NCBI GenBank assembly: GCA_038734945.1
Contig: JAVYOA010000009.1
Coordinates: 434,001-498,000 of the forward strand
Reading direction: 5' to 3'
From: Fervidicoccaceae archaeon
Lineage (GTDB): Archaea > Thermoproteota > Thermoprotei_A > Sulfolobales > Fervidicoccaceae
DNA length: 64,000 nucleotides
Shown here: one piece after another, positions 48,497 to 57,733 of the stretch
How positions within the stretch are numbered: position 1 is the stretch's first letter
Layout of the letters: each line of letters starts with the position of its first letter
Notes under the pieces: model-generated
Databases searched by the model: none
Told to the model about the DNA's origin: nothing
Seen by the model: the letters and a program-made list of their open reading frames with translations, nothing else
Position numbers and translations under genes: made by a program

Positions 48497-49162
48497 TTAG
48501 AAGTTCTCCAGGATCTCTTCCGCTTCAGAAATGGTCCTGACGGGAAAAACTGTTCCATTTTTTAGAAAAATCAGCTTATGATACCAACCCTCAAGGTATT
48601 TTGTACGATGCTCTGCCATTATAATTACTTTAGCACTGATTGTGTTTAAAAAAGATAGGAATTCGTGAACAGCAGCAGGATCTAAATATGCAAGTGGTTC
48701 ATCAAGCATTATTATCTCAGCCCCAATTGCCAGAGCACTTGCTATAGCAACTTTCTGTCTCTCTCCCATTGACAGCTTGGATATCTCTCTGTCCAGCAGA
48801 TGCTCTATTCCAAGCTTCTTTGTTAGGTAGAGCATCTCTGAGCCTATTTTGCCTCTCTCTGTATTTCCTATTTCATAGCAATAAGCCAGCTCCTCTCTCA
48901 CTGTTGGCATCAATATGAAAAGATCGAAAAGTTGTGGAACTAAAACTGCTTTTCCGGAAACCTTTATCTCCCCACTCAATTCACCCTGGTATACTTTTGG
49001 GATTAGACCAGCTATGATTCTGAGCAGAGTTGTCTTCCCGCTGCCTGTTGGTCCTACAACTAAATACTTGCCTTCATTGATTTCAAGGGTGACAGACTTA
49101 AGGGTCCACTCGCTGTCTCCTCTGTATCTGAATGATACGTTATTGAGCTGGATAATACTCAA
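48497..49162 (-). CDS. ECF transporter ATPase (EcfA)
   Basis: GPTGSGKTT, LSMGERQKV, MLDEPLAYLD, EH. Confidence 0.88.
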   Translation of the reverse strand: MSIIQLNNVSFRYRGDSEWTLKSVTLEINEGKYLVVGPTGSGKTTLLRIIAGLIPKVYQGELSGEIKVSGKAVLVPQLFDLFILMPTVREELAYCYEIGNTERGKIGSEMLYLTKKLGIEHLLDREISKLSMGERQKVAIASALAIGAEIIMLDEPLAYLDPAAVHEFLSFLNTISAKVIIMAEHRTKYLEGWYHKLIFLKNGTVFPVRTISEAEEILENF

Positions 49163-49245
49163 TTTCCTCTACCATTCCCGCTAAATTAAACTATTCAGTT
49201 TATTTAGATTAGGAAAGAAGCGAATAAAAAAATGCAATGCAAAAG

Positions 49246-49773
49246 TTATTTGAGAACTCCTGCTCCTCTCAAAATTTTTATAGCTGCAAATCCAATGGTA
49301 GTCCCAATTCCTGTGCTGAGGATCCATATTATCCATATGGGAACTAATGATGATATCCAAGCATTGTACTTTCCAACAATAGGTGCAACAAGGTAGAGGG
49401 ATAGGAGAAATCCAATCACTGCCGTTCCTATGGGTTCTAGAAATGCAGCATACTCAGTTTTCTTTTTTGCCTTCCTCAAAATGAGAGCTCCTATTCCCAC
49501 CAGCAGTCCTCCCGGGATTCCACCTGGGTAAGCAAAAACTGTCCCTATTCCCAAAATAATCCTAACTGTTCCCACAAGTATAGCAATTGCGGAGGCCCAC
49601 AGGGGACCAAGGATCACCCCACTTATTACGTTGGTCATGTGTTGCCAAGGAGATGCTCTTGTGGGACCTATCGGTATATTTATTGGAGAAAGAGCAACAT
49701 CTATTGCAGAGAGCATTAGAGCCAAGGCCAGTTTGCGCTCAAAGCTCCATTCAACTAATGAAAAGTCTCTCAT
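49246..49773 (-). CDS. thiW: ECF S-component ThiW (thiazole/thiamine precursor uptake)
   Basis: PWQHMTNVISGVILGP, RI.LGIGT.FAYPGG, EPIGTAVIG. Confidence 0.88.
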   Translation of the reverse strand: MRDFSLVEWSFERKLALALMLSAIDVALSPINIPIGPTRASPWQHMTNVISGVILGPLWASAIAILVGTVRIILGIGTVFAYPGGIPGGLLVGIGALILRKAKKKTEYAAFLEPIGTAVIGFLLSLYLVAPIVGKYNAWISSLVPIWIIWILSTGIGTTIGFAAIKILRGAGVLK

Positions 49774-49930
49774 AACATCACCATTAATACTAATTTATTA
49801 TTACCATTATAATATATTTGATATATATAATGTGGAAATAGCTCTGGATTTTATATTTCCAAAAGTCTTTGAACATGCATTGACTTTATATTTTTCATTT
49901 TCAAAAGCTGATTAAGCCGGTGATCTTGCT

Positions 49931-51277
49931 ATGAAAATAGTAGTAGTAGGAGGAGGAGCCGCTGGAGCTTCTGCTGCTTCAAGGGCAAAAAAGCTCAATC
50001 CTGAAGCCGAAGTTTATCTGATAGAAAAAAGCGATATGATAACGCATGGTCCATGCGGAATTCCCTATTATGTTGAAGGCATAGTAAAAAGAAAGGAGGA
50101 TCTAATTACCTATACTCACGACGAATTCGAAAGAGAGAGAGGTATAAGAGTCCTCATAAAGAGTGAAGTTGTGGAAATTGATGCTGATAGAAAAATCTTG
50201 ACTGTAAAAAAAGAAAGTGGGGGAAGTGAGAAGCTATCGTGGGACAAATTGATTCTGGCAACCGGAGCGATCCCCTCCATTATACCTGTTCCAGGTACAG
50301 ATCTGGAAAATGTTCTAACAGTGAGGCATCCCGCTGAAGCTTCAGAGCTGAAATTGGCAATCGAAAAGGGAAAGGAAATAGTTATTGTTGGAGGTGGATA
50401 TATAGGAATAGAAATGGCTGAAGCTATTACAGCTTTGGGAAAGAAAGTAACTTTGCTTGAAATGACCAAACAGCTCTTGCCAGGAAGCATTGATGTTGAA
50501 ATGTCGAAGATTATTGAAGAAGAAGCAACCAAAAGGGGAATCAAGGTCGTGAAAGGAGCAAGAGTAGTTGAGCTCAGAGGGAGCAAGAGCGTAGAGAGGG
50601 TAATTACGGAAAATGGAGAGTATAATGCAGATACTGTTATTTTGGCAACGGGAATAAAGCCCAACATAGCACTAGCAAAGGATATTGGAGTGAAAATAGG
50701 CAAGACTGGGGCTGTTGAGACAAACGAGTACATGGAAACAAGCGTGGAAAATGTCTATGCTGCCGGGGACTTGGTTGAGAAGTTTCATAGAATTAAAAGA
50801 GAGAAAGTGTGGATCCCCCTGGCTCCTTCTGCAAATAAGGAGGGACAGGTTGCTGGAGCGAATGCTGCCCTGGGAAGAAAAATAGCTTTTCCTGGGATTG
50901 TTGGAACTTCGATAACTAAACTCTTTGAACTATATATTGGAAGGACAGGGTTGCTTGCTGAGGAGGCAGAAAAATACGGCTTTAAACCAATTTCAAAAGC
51001 TGTAAAAGTTAGAACCTCGGCGCACTACTATCCAAGAGGAGGCCAAGTTTTCGTAAAGCTCATTGCTGATGAAAAGAGCCATAGGGTGTTAGGCGCACAA
51101 ATAGTAGGATATGATAGTGCTGTAGCAGGTTATTTAGATGCCGTTAGTATAGCGGTTGAGCGTGAGATGACTTTGGAAGAGCTCTATTTCTCCGACCTGG
51201 GATACATGCCAGCTGTCGCACCAGTGTGGCATCCTCTCGTAGTTGCTGCCAGAGTTCTGCTTGGAGGGTTACTCTGA
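49931..51277 (+). CDS. CoA-disulfide reductase / NAD(P)H:sulfur oxidoreductase (NADH oxidase family)
   Basis: GGGAAG FAD motif, HGPCGIPYY redox Cys, GGGYIG, AAGD, HYYP, DLGYMP..APVW.PL. Confidence 0.9.
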   Translation: MKIVVVGGGAAGASAASRAKKLNPEAEVYLIEKSDMITHGPCGIPYYVEGIVKRKEDLITYTHDEFERERGIRVLIKSEVVEIDADRKILTVKKESGGSEKLSWDKLILATGAIPSIIPVPGTDLENVLTVRHPAEASELKLAIEKGKEIVIVGGGYIGIEMAEAITALGKKVTLLEMTKQLLPGSIDVEMSKIIEEEATKRGIKVVKGARVVELRGSKSVERVITENGEYNADTVILATGIKPNIALAKDIGVKIGKTGAVETNEYMETSVENVYAAGDLVEKFHRIKREKVWIPLAPSANKEGQVAGANAALGRKIAFPGIVGTSITKLFELYIGRTGLLAEEAEKYGFKPISKAVKVRTSAHYYPRGGQVFVKLIADEKSHRVLGAQIVGYDSAVAGYLDAVSIAVEREMTLEELYFSDLGYMPAVAPVWHPLVVAARVLLGGLL

Positions 51278-51398
51278 GTAACGTTTATACCTTTAACTTT
51301 TCCATTTTTTATTCCTTGATCATTATAGATGCTATAGTAAAATTTAAATATAATTAAAAAAATATTATTATTCGAAAAAATTCAAACGGTGGTAAAAA

Positions 51399-51788
51399 AT
51401 AGCAGCAAGTGGAGTCGAATTAAAGCTTCCCAGCGGAAAGGAACTCACTCTGTATGACTTGGTGAAATTCTGCTATAATTTCTCCGAAACAGATTTGGAA
51501 ATACTCTTTAGATTGCTGAACAAGAGGATGACGCTTGATGATCTGAGCGAGGAATTGGGTCTTAGCAAGGCAACAGTGAGCAGAGGTCTAAATAATTTGC
51601 TCGGCCTGGGATTTATAATAAGAACTCGTGAGCTCAGTACCAAGAACATTGGAAGGCCAAGATATACTTACTACACTAGCAAGGAAATCATCGAATCGAG
51701 GTTGATGAAGGACATAGAAAAATGTGCTAATGTGATAAAGGAATTTATTTCTCTCATGCTCGAGAAAAAGACAGGCCTACAATTGTAG
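51399..51788 (+). CDS. Lrs14-family winged-helix DNA-binding protein
   Basis: LKLPSGKE...FCY..SETD..IL N-terminus typical of the Lrs14/AbfR1 family, HTH, GRPRYTY wing. Proposed start ATA 51399 (track 51459). Confidence 0.82.
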   Translation: MAASGVELKLPSGKELTLYDLVKFCYNFSETDLEILFRLLNKRMTLDDLSEELGLSKATVSRGLNNLLGLGFIIRTRELSTKNIGRPRYTYYTSKEIIESRLMKDIEKCANVIKEFISLMLEKKTGLQL

Positions 51789-51921
51789 AAGCTTTTCGAA
51801 AGCGGATTCGAGCCAACTGTTAATCTTCAACGCTATTATTTTGGATCAAGCCAGATAAATTAATTAGGAAAGCCACAAAGCTATATAAAGTTGAGTAAGA
51901 CAAAAAAATAGGTGATGTATT

Positions 51922-52446
51922 ATGTCCTCAAGGAGGAAGAGAAGATATTTTTCCGATATATTTGACGAGTTCTTTAGAGAAATTGAGGGAGAATTTGATA
52001 GGCTATTCAGCGAGGATCTCGAGAGAATTGAGAAATTGACAAAGGGGGAGAAGAAGCCTCTCATTTACGGCTTCAGGGTAACGATCGGTCCTGATGGTGT
52101 TCCTCATTTTGAAGAATTCGGGAATGTGAAGAGAGCTGGTATGAGACCTAAGATAACAGAAGAAAGAGAGCCTCTTGTCGATGTATTCGAGAGTGGAAAC
52201 ACATTGACAATAGTTGCTGAGCTTCCTGGGGTAGAAAAGGATAAAATTGATGTGAAAGTTCATGAAGGAAAACTGATAATAAGAGCTAGCAACGGAGAAA
52301 GAAAGTACTATAAGGAAATAGAGCTTCCTAAGAAAGTTAAGAAAGAAAGTGCCAAGGCCCAGTATAGAAATGGAGTCCTCGAAGTAAAGTTCGAGCTAGA
52401 GGAAACAGGAGAAAAGGAAGAGGGAGAGAGAATAAAGGTGGAATAA
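51922..52446 (+). CDS. hsp20: Small heat-shock protein Hsp20
   Basis: P.IYGF.VTIGPDG.P...EFGN, EREPLVDV, AELPGV, A.Y.NGVLEV. Confidence 0.93.
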   Translation: MSSRRKRRYFSDIFDEFFREIEGEFDRLFSEDLERIEKLTKGEKKPLIYGFRVTIGPDGVPHFEEFGNVKRAGMRPKITEEREPLVDVFESGNTLTIVAELPGVEKDKIDVKVHEGKLIIRASNGERKYYKEIELPKKVKKESAKAQYRNGVLEVKFELEETGEKEEGERIKVE

Positions 52447-52447
52447 A

Positions 52448-52828
52448 TTAAATTTGCCTCCTCATTAAGCTATAAATGACTTCTCTGAGAAGGTCGCTCC
52501 TTGTCGAGTATCCTTTTTTTGCTGTTAATTCATCCAGCTTGTGAAGCGTTGTATTGTCAAGCTTAAATGTTATTGTTCTTTCTGCTTTTATTGGAAGCAG
52601 ATCGCCGTTGGTTTTTTCCACTCTATTTGGCTCATCTACTAATGAAATAATTAGGGCCCTCAAATAATCACTTCTAGAAGAAAAACCACTACTCCTCCAT
52701 GCATTCTCGATCCATTCAAACATATCCTCACTGACCTTGAAGGAAACAATTTTTTTGGTTTTTATTATTATCTCTATGTTTGTTGGTCTCTTACTTCTTT
52801 CCTCGAAGATAGCAGTATCATCCATCAA
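52448..52828 (-). CDS. Tandem ribbon-helix-helix (CopG-like) regulator
   Basis: Two repeats: IVSFKV...SRSDYLR and TITFKL...TRSDLLR. Confidence 0.8.
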   Translation of the reverse strand: MMDDTAIFEERSKRPTNIEIIIKTKKIVSFKVSEDMFEWIENAWRSSGFSSRSDYLRALIISLVDEPNRVEKTNGDLLPIKAERTITFKLDNTTLHKLDELTAKKGYSTRSDLLREVIYSLMRRQI

Positions 52829-52995
52829 TTAGCCGCCCTCAAAAGTTCAGATTCTTGTTCAGGAATTATTTAAGGTTCTGGAATCAATCTCTGTGAATAA
52901 GCTTTTTAACGCTTTATGATTATTTCCTTTAGGAAGGGTAATGGGTACTGAATATAAAAGTTTTATTGTATTTCTTAAGCTAAGCGAGTAATACG

Positions 52996-53517
52996 GTGTA
53001 TACAATGAAGAACTCCTACTCGGAAGAGAGAATAGACTGTCCGATATGCCACCAAAGGCAAGCTTTTGTCATAAGAAGCCTCATCTATGATTTGCCATCC
53101 CAAGGAAAAACCCTAATTCTTAGTGGTAAATGCGAGGTCTGTGGCTACAGGTTCACATTTACTACTCCGTTCGAAGTAGAAGGAAGCAGATTGCTTGAAT
53201 TCAAAGTAGAAAGGGCAGAAGATTTGAACGTTCTAATATATGTTGGAGAGAACACGGACATAGAAATTCCAGAATTTGAGTTTCAGTTCTTGTCAAGTGA
53301 CTATGAACCGGGATTCGTAACAACCATCGAGGGGTTGCTCGTAAGGATAATTGAAAAAATGGAAATATTATGTAATGAGCAGAGCTGTTATGATAAATTG
53401 GATCTGATTAAAAGGAGCATGAATGGAGAACTAGAATTCACCCTCAGGCTTATTGACAGATATGGAAAAAGCGGAATAATCTCTGACAGAGTTATGATTA
53501 AGAAAATGGAAATTTGA
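52996..53517 (+). CDS. ZPR1-type zinc-finger protein
   Basis: CPIC...CEVCGYR, IEIPE, GFVTTIEGLL, D.YGKS.I. Confidence 0.88.
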   Translation: MYTMKNSYSEERIDCPICHQRQAFVIRSLIYDLPSQGKTLILSGKCEVCGYRFTFTTPFEVEGSRLLEFKVERAEDLNVLIYVGENTDIEIPEFEFQFLSSDYEPGFVTTIEGLLVRIIEKMEILCNEQSCYDKLDLIKRSMNGELEFTLRLIDRYGKSGIISDRVMIKKMEI

Positions 53518-53606
53518 TTTGGAGCTATCTAATTCTTTTCATGCAAAAGGTCCGAGGAAAGAAAAATAAAAGCTCATTGGAAACAGCTCTATTTAGGTGA
53601 TCTAAG

Positions 53607-53951
53607 ATAGCCAATGCTCAGCCAATTGAATATGGAGATTTTTCTAAATTGGATATAAGGATAGGCCTAGTAAAAAGTGCGGAGAGAGTGAGCGGCAGTT
53701 TCAAGCTAATTAAGTTAGTAGTCGACTTGGGGCCTCTTGGAGAGAGGCAAATAATAGCTGGAATAGGTGAAGCATATGCTCCCGAGGATCTAGTAGGGAA
53801 AAAGCTTCCAGTTCTAACCAACATTAAGCCGAAAAAAATGATGGGTCTAGTTAGTCAGGGCATGATCCTCGCCGCCGGGTGCGAAGAGGGCGGGAAGCCT
53901 GTCATTATGATTCCCGAGAGGGATGTTCAACCGGGGTCAAAAGTATGTTGA
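53607..53951 (+). CDS. tRNA-binding OB-fold protein (Trbp111/MetRS C-terminal/CsaA-like)
   Basis: IEYGDFSKLDIRIG, RQIIAGI, NIKPKKMMG..SQGMILAA. Proposed start ATA 53607 (track 53649). Confidence 0.88.
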   Translation: MANAQPIEYGDFSKLDIRIGLVKSAERVSGSFKLIKLVVDLGPLGERQIIAGIGEAYAPEDLVGKKLPVLTNIKPKKMMGLVSQGMILAAGCEEGGKPVIMIPERDVQPGSKVC

Positions 53952-53978
53952 GGCTCATTTCCTTCATTTAAATTTAAA

Positions 53979-54827
53979 ATGTTTTTGAAAAAAGCAAGTG
54001 CAAAAGGACCAGAAAGAATGGAGGCAGGTCCCATGGAGGGGGAGAAGAGCTATATTGATGCGAGTAATGCGTTAGCGCTGAGAGACGAGGAAAAAGATGC
54101 TTCAAAGAAGGAGTTAATAAAGCTGGAAGAAGTTCATAAGATATATAGACAGGGTGATGCTGTATTTTCTGCACTGAGAGGAGTTTCTCTAACTATAAAT
54201 GAGGGGGACTTTATAGCAATAATGGGACCCTCCGGTTCTGGTAAGTCAACTCTGTTGAATATAATGGGTCTTCTGGATCGTCCAACAAGAGGAAGAATTT
54301 ACATAGAGGGAAAAGATGTTTCAAAACTAAATGATAAGGCTCTAGCTAAGATTCGCAACCAAAAAATTGGCTTTGTTTTTCAGTTCTTCAATCTAATCAA
54401 TAGGTTCACAATCTATGAAAACATAGAACTCCCCCTCCTAATAAGAGAACTTAGTAAAAAAGAAAGGAAAATTCTAGTTGAATCAGCTCTGATAAAAGCA
54501 GGTGGAGAACTTATTTGGCTTCAGAAAAGGCCTAATCAACTATCTGGAGGACAGCAGCAGAGGGTAGCAATAGCTAGAGCTCTTGTTACTTCTCCAAAGG
54601 TAATCCTGGCAGATGAGCCAACAGGAAACTTGGACAGAAAATCTGGCAGAGTAGTGATGGAGGAATTTGTCAGATTGAACTCCATGGGACAAACCATTGT
54701 AGTTGTTACGCATGATCCAGAAGTTGCTAACTGCTCTAAAAAGATTATTTATTTAAGGAATGGAGAAATTGTAAACGTTGAGGAAAAAGTTAATTTTAGT
54801 AAATGCCTCCTGAATACAACAACCTAA
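53979..54827 (+). CDS. ABC transporter ATPase (LolD/MacB-type)
   Basis: [48 protein letters not shown]. Confidence 0.93.
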   Translation: MFLKKASAKGPERMEAGPMEGEKSYIDASNALALRDEEKDASKKELIKLEEVHKIYRQGDAVFSALRGVSLTINEGDFIAIMGPSGSGKSTLLNIMGLLDRPTRGRIYIEGKDVSKLNDKALAKIRNQKIGFVFQFFNLINRFTIYENIELPLLIRELSKKERKILVESALIKAGGELIWLQKRPNQLSGGQQQRVAIARALVTSPKVILADEPTGNLDRKSGRVVMEEFVRLNSMGQTIVVVTHDPEVANCSKKIIYLRNGEIVNVEEKVNFSKCLLNTTT

Positions 54828-54856
54828 GTGATTTAAACTTGCATGAGGAAGAGAAA

Positions 54857-57733
54857 ATGAGCGGTAGGCTGAACGGACTTCTAGCATTGATCCTCTTAAT
54901 AATAGCTCTATCATTTTACGCTCAAGCTCAAGCTCCAGCGGATGTTTCCATACAATCAGTCAATTTCAAATCACAGCAGAACAGCAACGTATATCCTGGT
55001 TCGTCAAATGCTCAGCTCAGAATAGACGTGCAGTTCAATGTTAATGCCTCCAACCCAATTGGAAATCTGAAGAATCTTCCTCCTGGCTTCTCTCCATCAA
55101 GCGGCTATAGTACCTCCTCAGGAGGAAGAGACCTCTATGGGAATGCTGCTAGAAATGTTACTGCAGGAGAGACAATTTATTTTCTCTTTTACCTAAATAT
55201 TGATAAGAGTGTTCAGCCGGGAACTTACTACATAGATTTCTCCATAACTTACATGGGGAGCAATGGAGATATCATTACAGATTATTTCAGGATCCCCGTT
55301 CAAATCAGTCCATACCCAACTCCCCAGATCATTGTAACATCCTATGCCTGGAATCCAGCGGGATACCCTGGAACTCATGGCACATCCCTACAAATAACAT
55401 TGGAGAATGATGGTCAAAGCACCCTATCCTCGGCATCAGTGAATATATTGCTTCCTGATGGAATAAGCATAGATAATTCGCAAATACAGCTTGGAACTCT
55501 GAATTCCGGAAGCAGGATTTCAGTGACTTTTTCAGGTATAGATATTGACAGCAATGTTCAGCCGGGAAATTATACAGCATATTTGCAGGTGAATGCTCTA
55601 ATGACTACTGCAGATGGTGTCAGCTACAACTCTACTTTTAATATTCCATTTGAAATAGCTGTACTTCAACTTCCTGAAAAGTACAGAGAGCTGAATGTAC
55701 TTTCTGCTTATTGGGGAGATGTTAGACCGCAACCAGCCTATAGCAATTCCATGTACGCACAGCTCAATGTAATCTATGTAAATGCAGGTGACTATGCAAT
55801 AAGCTCCATTCAGACAGTGCTGGTTTCCTCCTACATTTCCCCTGTTCAAGTAGCAGCTGTATACTATGGCTCATTGCAAGGTGGATCATCTACAACAATG
55901 ACGTACTATCTGTCAATTAATTCATCTTCATTTCTCCAGGAGATCCCCATGAAAGCTGTAGTATTCTACAGAGTTGACTTGGGAGGAGGTAGCTACGTCG
56001 AGGTGGGAGATGACCTGAATTTTACTGTGAACATTGAGAGCTATCCTCTAGCAAATGAGAAAAATCCCATTAGCCTCGTTTCATGGGGCTGGCAAAATGG
56101 CTACTCTGTATTTCCAAAGACTAGAGGAGCTATATTGAGCATAACTGTTTCCAATAACCTACCATTTTCAATATCAGGAGCCAATTTCACTCTTTTGCTA
56201 CCTGAAGGTTTTGATCTAGACTCATCCACAAGAGAGATTTTTGCTTCAAACCCCATTCCTGCATATGGTTCCTTCTCAATGCAGTTTAAGATTAATGTGG
56301 GGGATGTTTCTCCAGGAAGCTATAGGGCACTGGTTCTTGCCGAATATCTTGTCAATAGCGGAGGCCCCGGGTTCAAGCAAATCACTGCACTTCCCATAAA
56401 TTTCAACATAAGTGATGAGTCTGAAGCGGTACAGGTTTTGAATTGGGGATGGACTGAGGGAAGTGCAGATGTTTTCTCCTATGGCTCCAATTACTATGTT
56501 ATCATTAGAAACCTGAAGTTCGATGCCGTAAATAATCCTGTTCTGCTTGTCTACCTACCAAGCGGTTTTCTCTTCTCATCTACGAATACTTCCATGGGAG
56601 GAGTCCTGCCGGCATCTTCCCAATCAGTTTCCCAAGTGATTCCTCTGCAGAACATACAGGAATATATTCAACAGTCAGTTTCTTCCAATATAATGAGCAG
56701 CAGCGCTCCTTCATCATATCAGAAAGGCAGCTCGCTGTATTTCACATTCCCTCTCAACATAAATCTCAATAGCACTGGAACTTATTATGCAAATGCCTCT
56801 CTATCCTTTGTAGATGTATGGGGAAACATGAGAGAGATTCAGCTGAAGCTTCCTCTCACCGTCTATGGGTCTGTGAACTACATTGATGTGAGGATCTCTG
56901 GAATGCTGGATATAAGAAACAAATACACAAATCTAACTGTTCTCGTGAAGAATGAGGGATCCTCGCCAGCATACAATGTATATTTGACTCTCTCCCCTCC
57001 ATCATCCATACTTACTCCGCAGTCGTCTAGCTCTATATTAATAGCAAGCCCATCTACTATCTACATTAAGAAAATCGATGCTGGACAAACAATCAGTATA
57101 CCAGTGACGTTCGTATACAATCCATTTTCCTCTCAATCGATTATGGGATCTACATCTATAGTGAACTACGGAGTTGTTCCTCTTCAGATCTCTGTTCAAT
57201 ATAGAGATGCGGGCGGGCAACAACATAGCTTTAACAACCAAATAGCAATAGCTGTGGAGCCATTCATTGATCTCTCTCTATCTGGAGTGAGTACTTTTCT
57301 TTCAAATGGAACTTTGAGAGTCAGCGGAATGTTGATAAACTATGGAAGTCAGACTGCCTATAGGATAAGCATAGATCTGTTTGCTTCAAATTCCTCAGCA
57401 TCGACCTTCATCGGAGATCTTGATGCTGGTTCACAAACAGCTTTCCGACTGGATCTCCAGGTCCCTCCAAGCATAAATAAAGAAAATGTTACGATGGTGA
57501 TAAGCTATTATAACGGATACAATGAACTCACCAGAAAAGTTGTTGAGTTCTCGGTGACGGCCCAACCTCCAGAAGCTCCAGTTCAGACGACCCAGCAGCC
57601 ATCCCTCCTAAGTGTAACCGAGATCAGAATTGCTGTTGTTATGGTGGGGATCTTTTTGCTATTGTCTGGTATGCTAATTTTCAGGATGTACAGAGCGCAC
57701 TCCAAAAAAATAAGAGAGATGGAGGAGGCTTGA
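54857..57733 (+). CDS. Large exported Ig-like/CARDB-repeat protein (COG1361 S-layer-like) with C-terminal TM anchor
   Basis: Signal peptide after MSGRLNG; repeated beta-rich units (N.G...A.NV, PG.Y); many NxS/T sequons; lies between the ABC ATPase and permease. Track start 54803. Confidence 0.8.
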   Translation: MSGRLNGLLALILLIIALSFYAQAQAPADVSIQSVNFKSQQNSNVYPGSSNAQLRIDVQFNVNASNPIGNLKNLPPGFSPSSGYSTSSGGRDLYGNAARNVTAGETIYFLFYLNIDKSVQPGTYYIDFSITYMGSNGDIITDYFRIPVQISPYPTPQIIVTSYAWNPAGYPGTHGTSLQITLENDGQSTLSSASVNILLPDGISIDNSQIQLGTLNSGSRISVTFSGIDIDSNVQPGNYTAYLQVNALMTTADGVSYNSTFNIPFEIAVLQLPEKYRELNVLSAYWGDVRPQPAYSNSMYAQLNVIYVNAGDYAISSIQTVLVSSYISPVQVAAVYYGSLQGGSSTTMTYYLSINSSSFLQEIPMKAVVFYRVDLGGGSYVEVGDDLNFTVNIESYPLANEKNPISLVSWGWQNGYSVFPKTRGAILSITVSNNLPFSISGANFTLLLPEGFDLDSSTREIFASNPIPAYGSFSMQFKINVGDVSPGSYRALVLAEYLVNSGGPGFKQITALPINFNISDESEAVQVLNWGWTEGSADVFSYGSNYYVIIRNLKFDAVNNPVLLVYLPSGFLFSSTNTSMGGVLPASSQSVSQVIPLQNIQEYIQQSVSSNIMSSSAPSSYQKGSSLYFTFPLNINLNSTGTYYANASLSFVDVWGNMREIQLKLPLTVYGSVNYIDVRISGMLDIRNKYTNLTVLVKNEGSSPAYNVYLTLSPPSSILTPQSSSSILIASPSTIYIKKIDAGQTISIPVTFVYNPFSSQSIMGSTSIVNYGVVPLQISVQYRDAGGQQHSFNNQIAIAVEPFIDLSLSGVSTFLSNGTLRVSGMLINYGSQTAYRISIDLFASNSSASTFIGDLDAGSQTAFRLDLQVPPSINKENVTMVISYYNGYNELTRKVVEFSVTAQPPEAPVQTTQQPSLLSVTEIRIAVVMVGIFLLLSGMLIFRMYRAHSKKIREMEEA

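Noticed and set aside
50116..50733. 205-aa antisense ORF and the many other short shadow ORFs in the track
   Set aside because: They lie antisense to or inside well-supported genes, have Ser/Ile/Phe-biased composition and carry no motifs.
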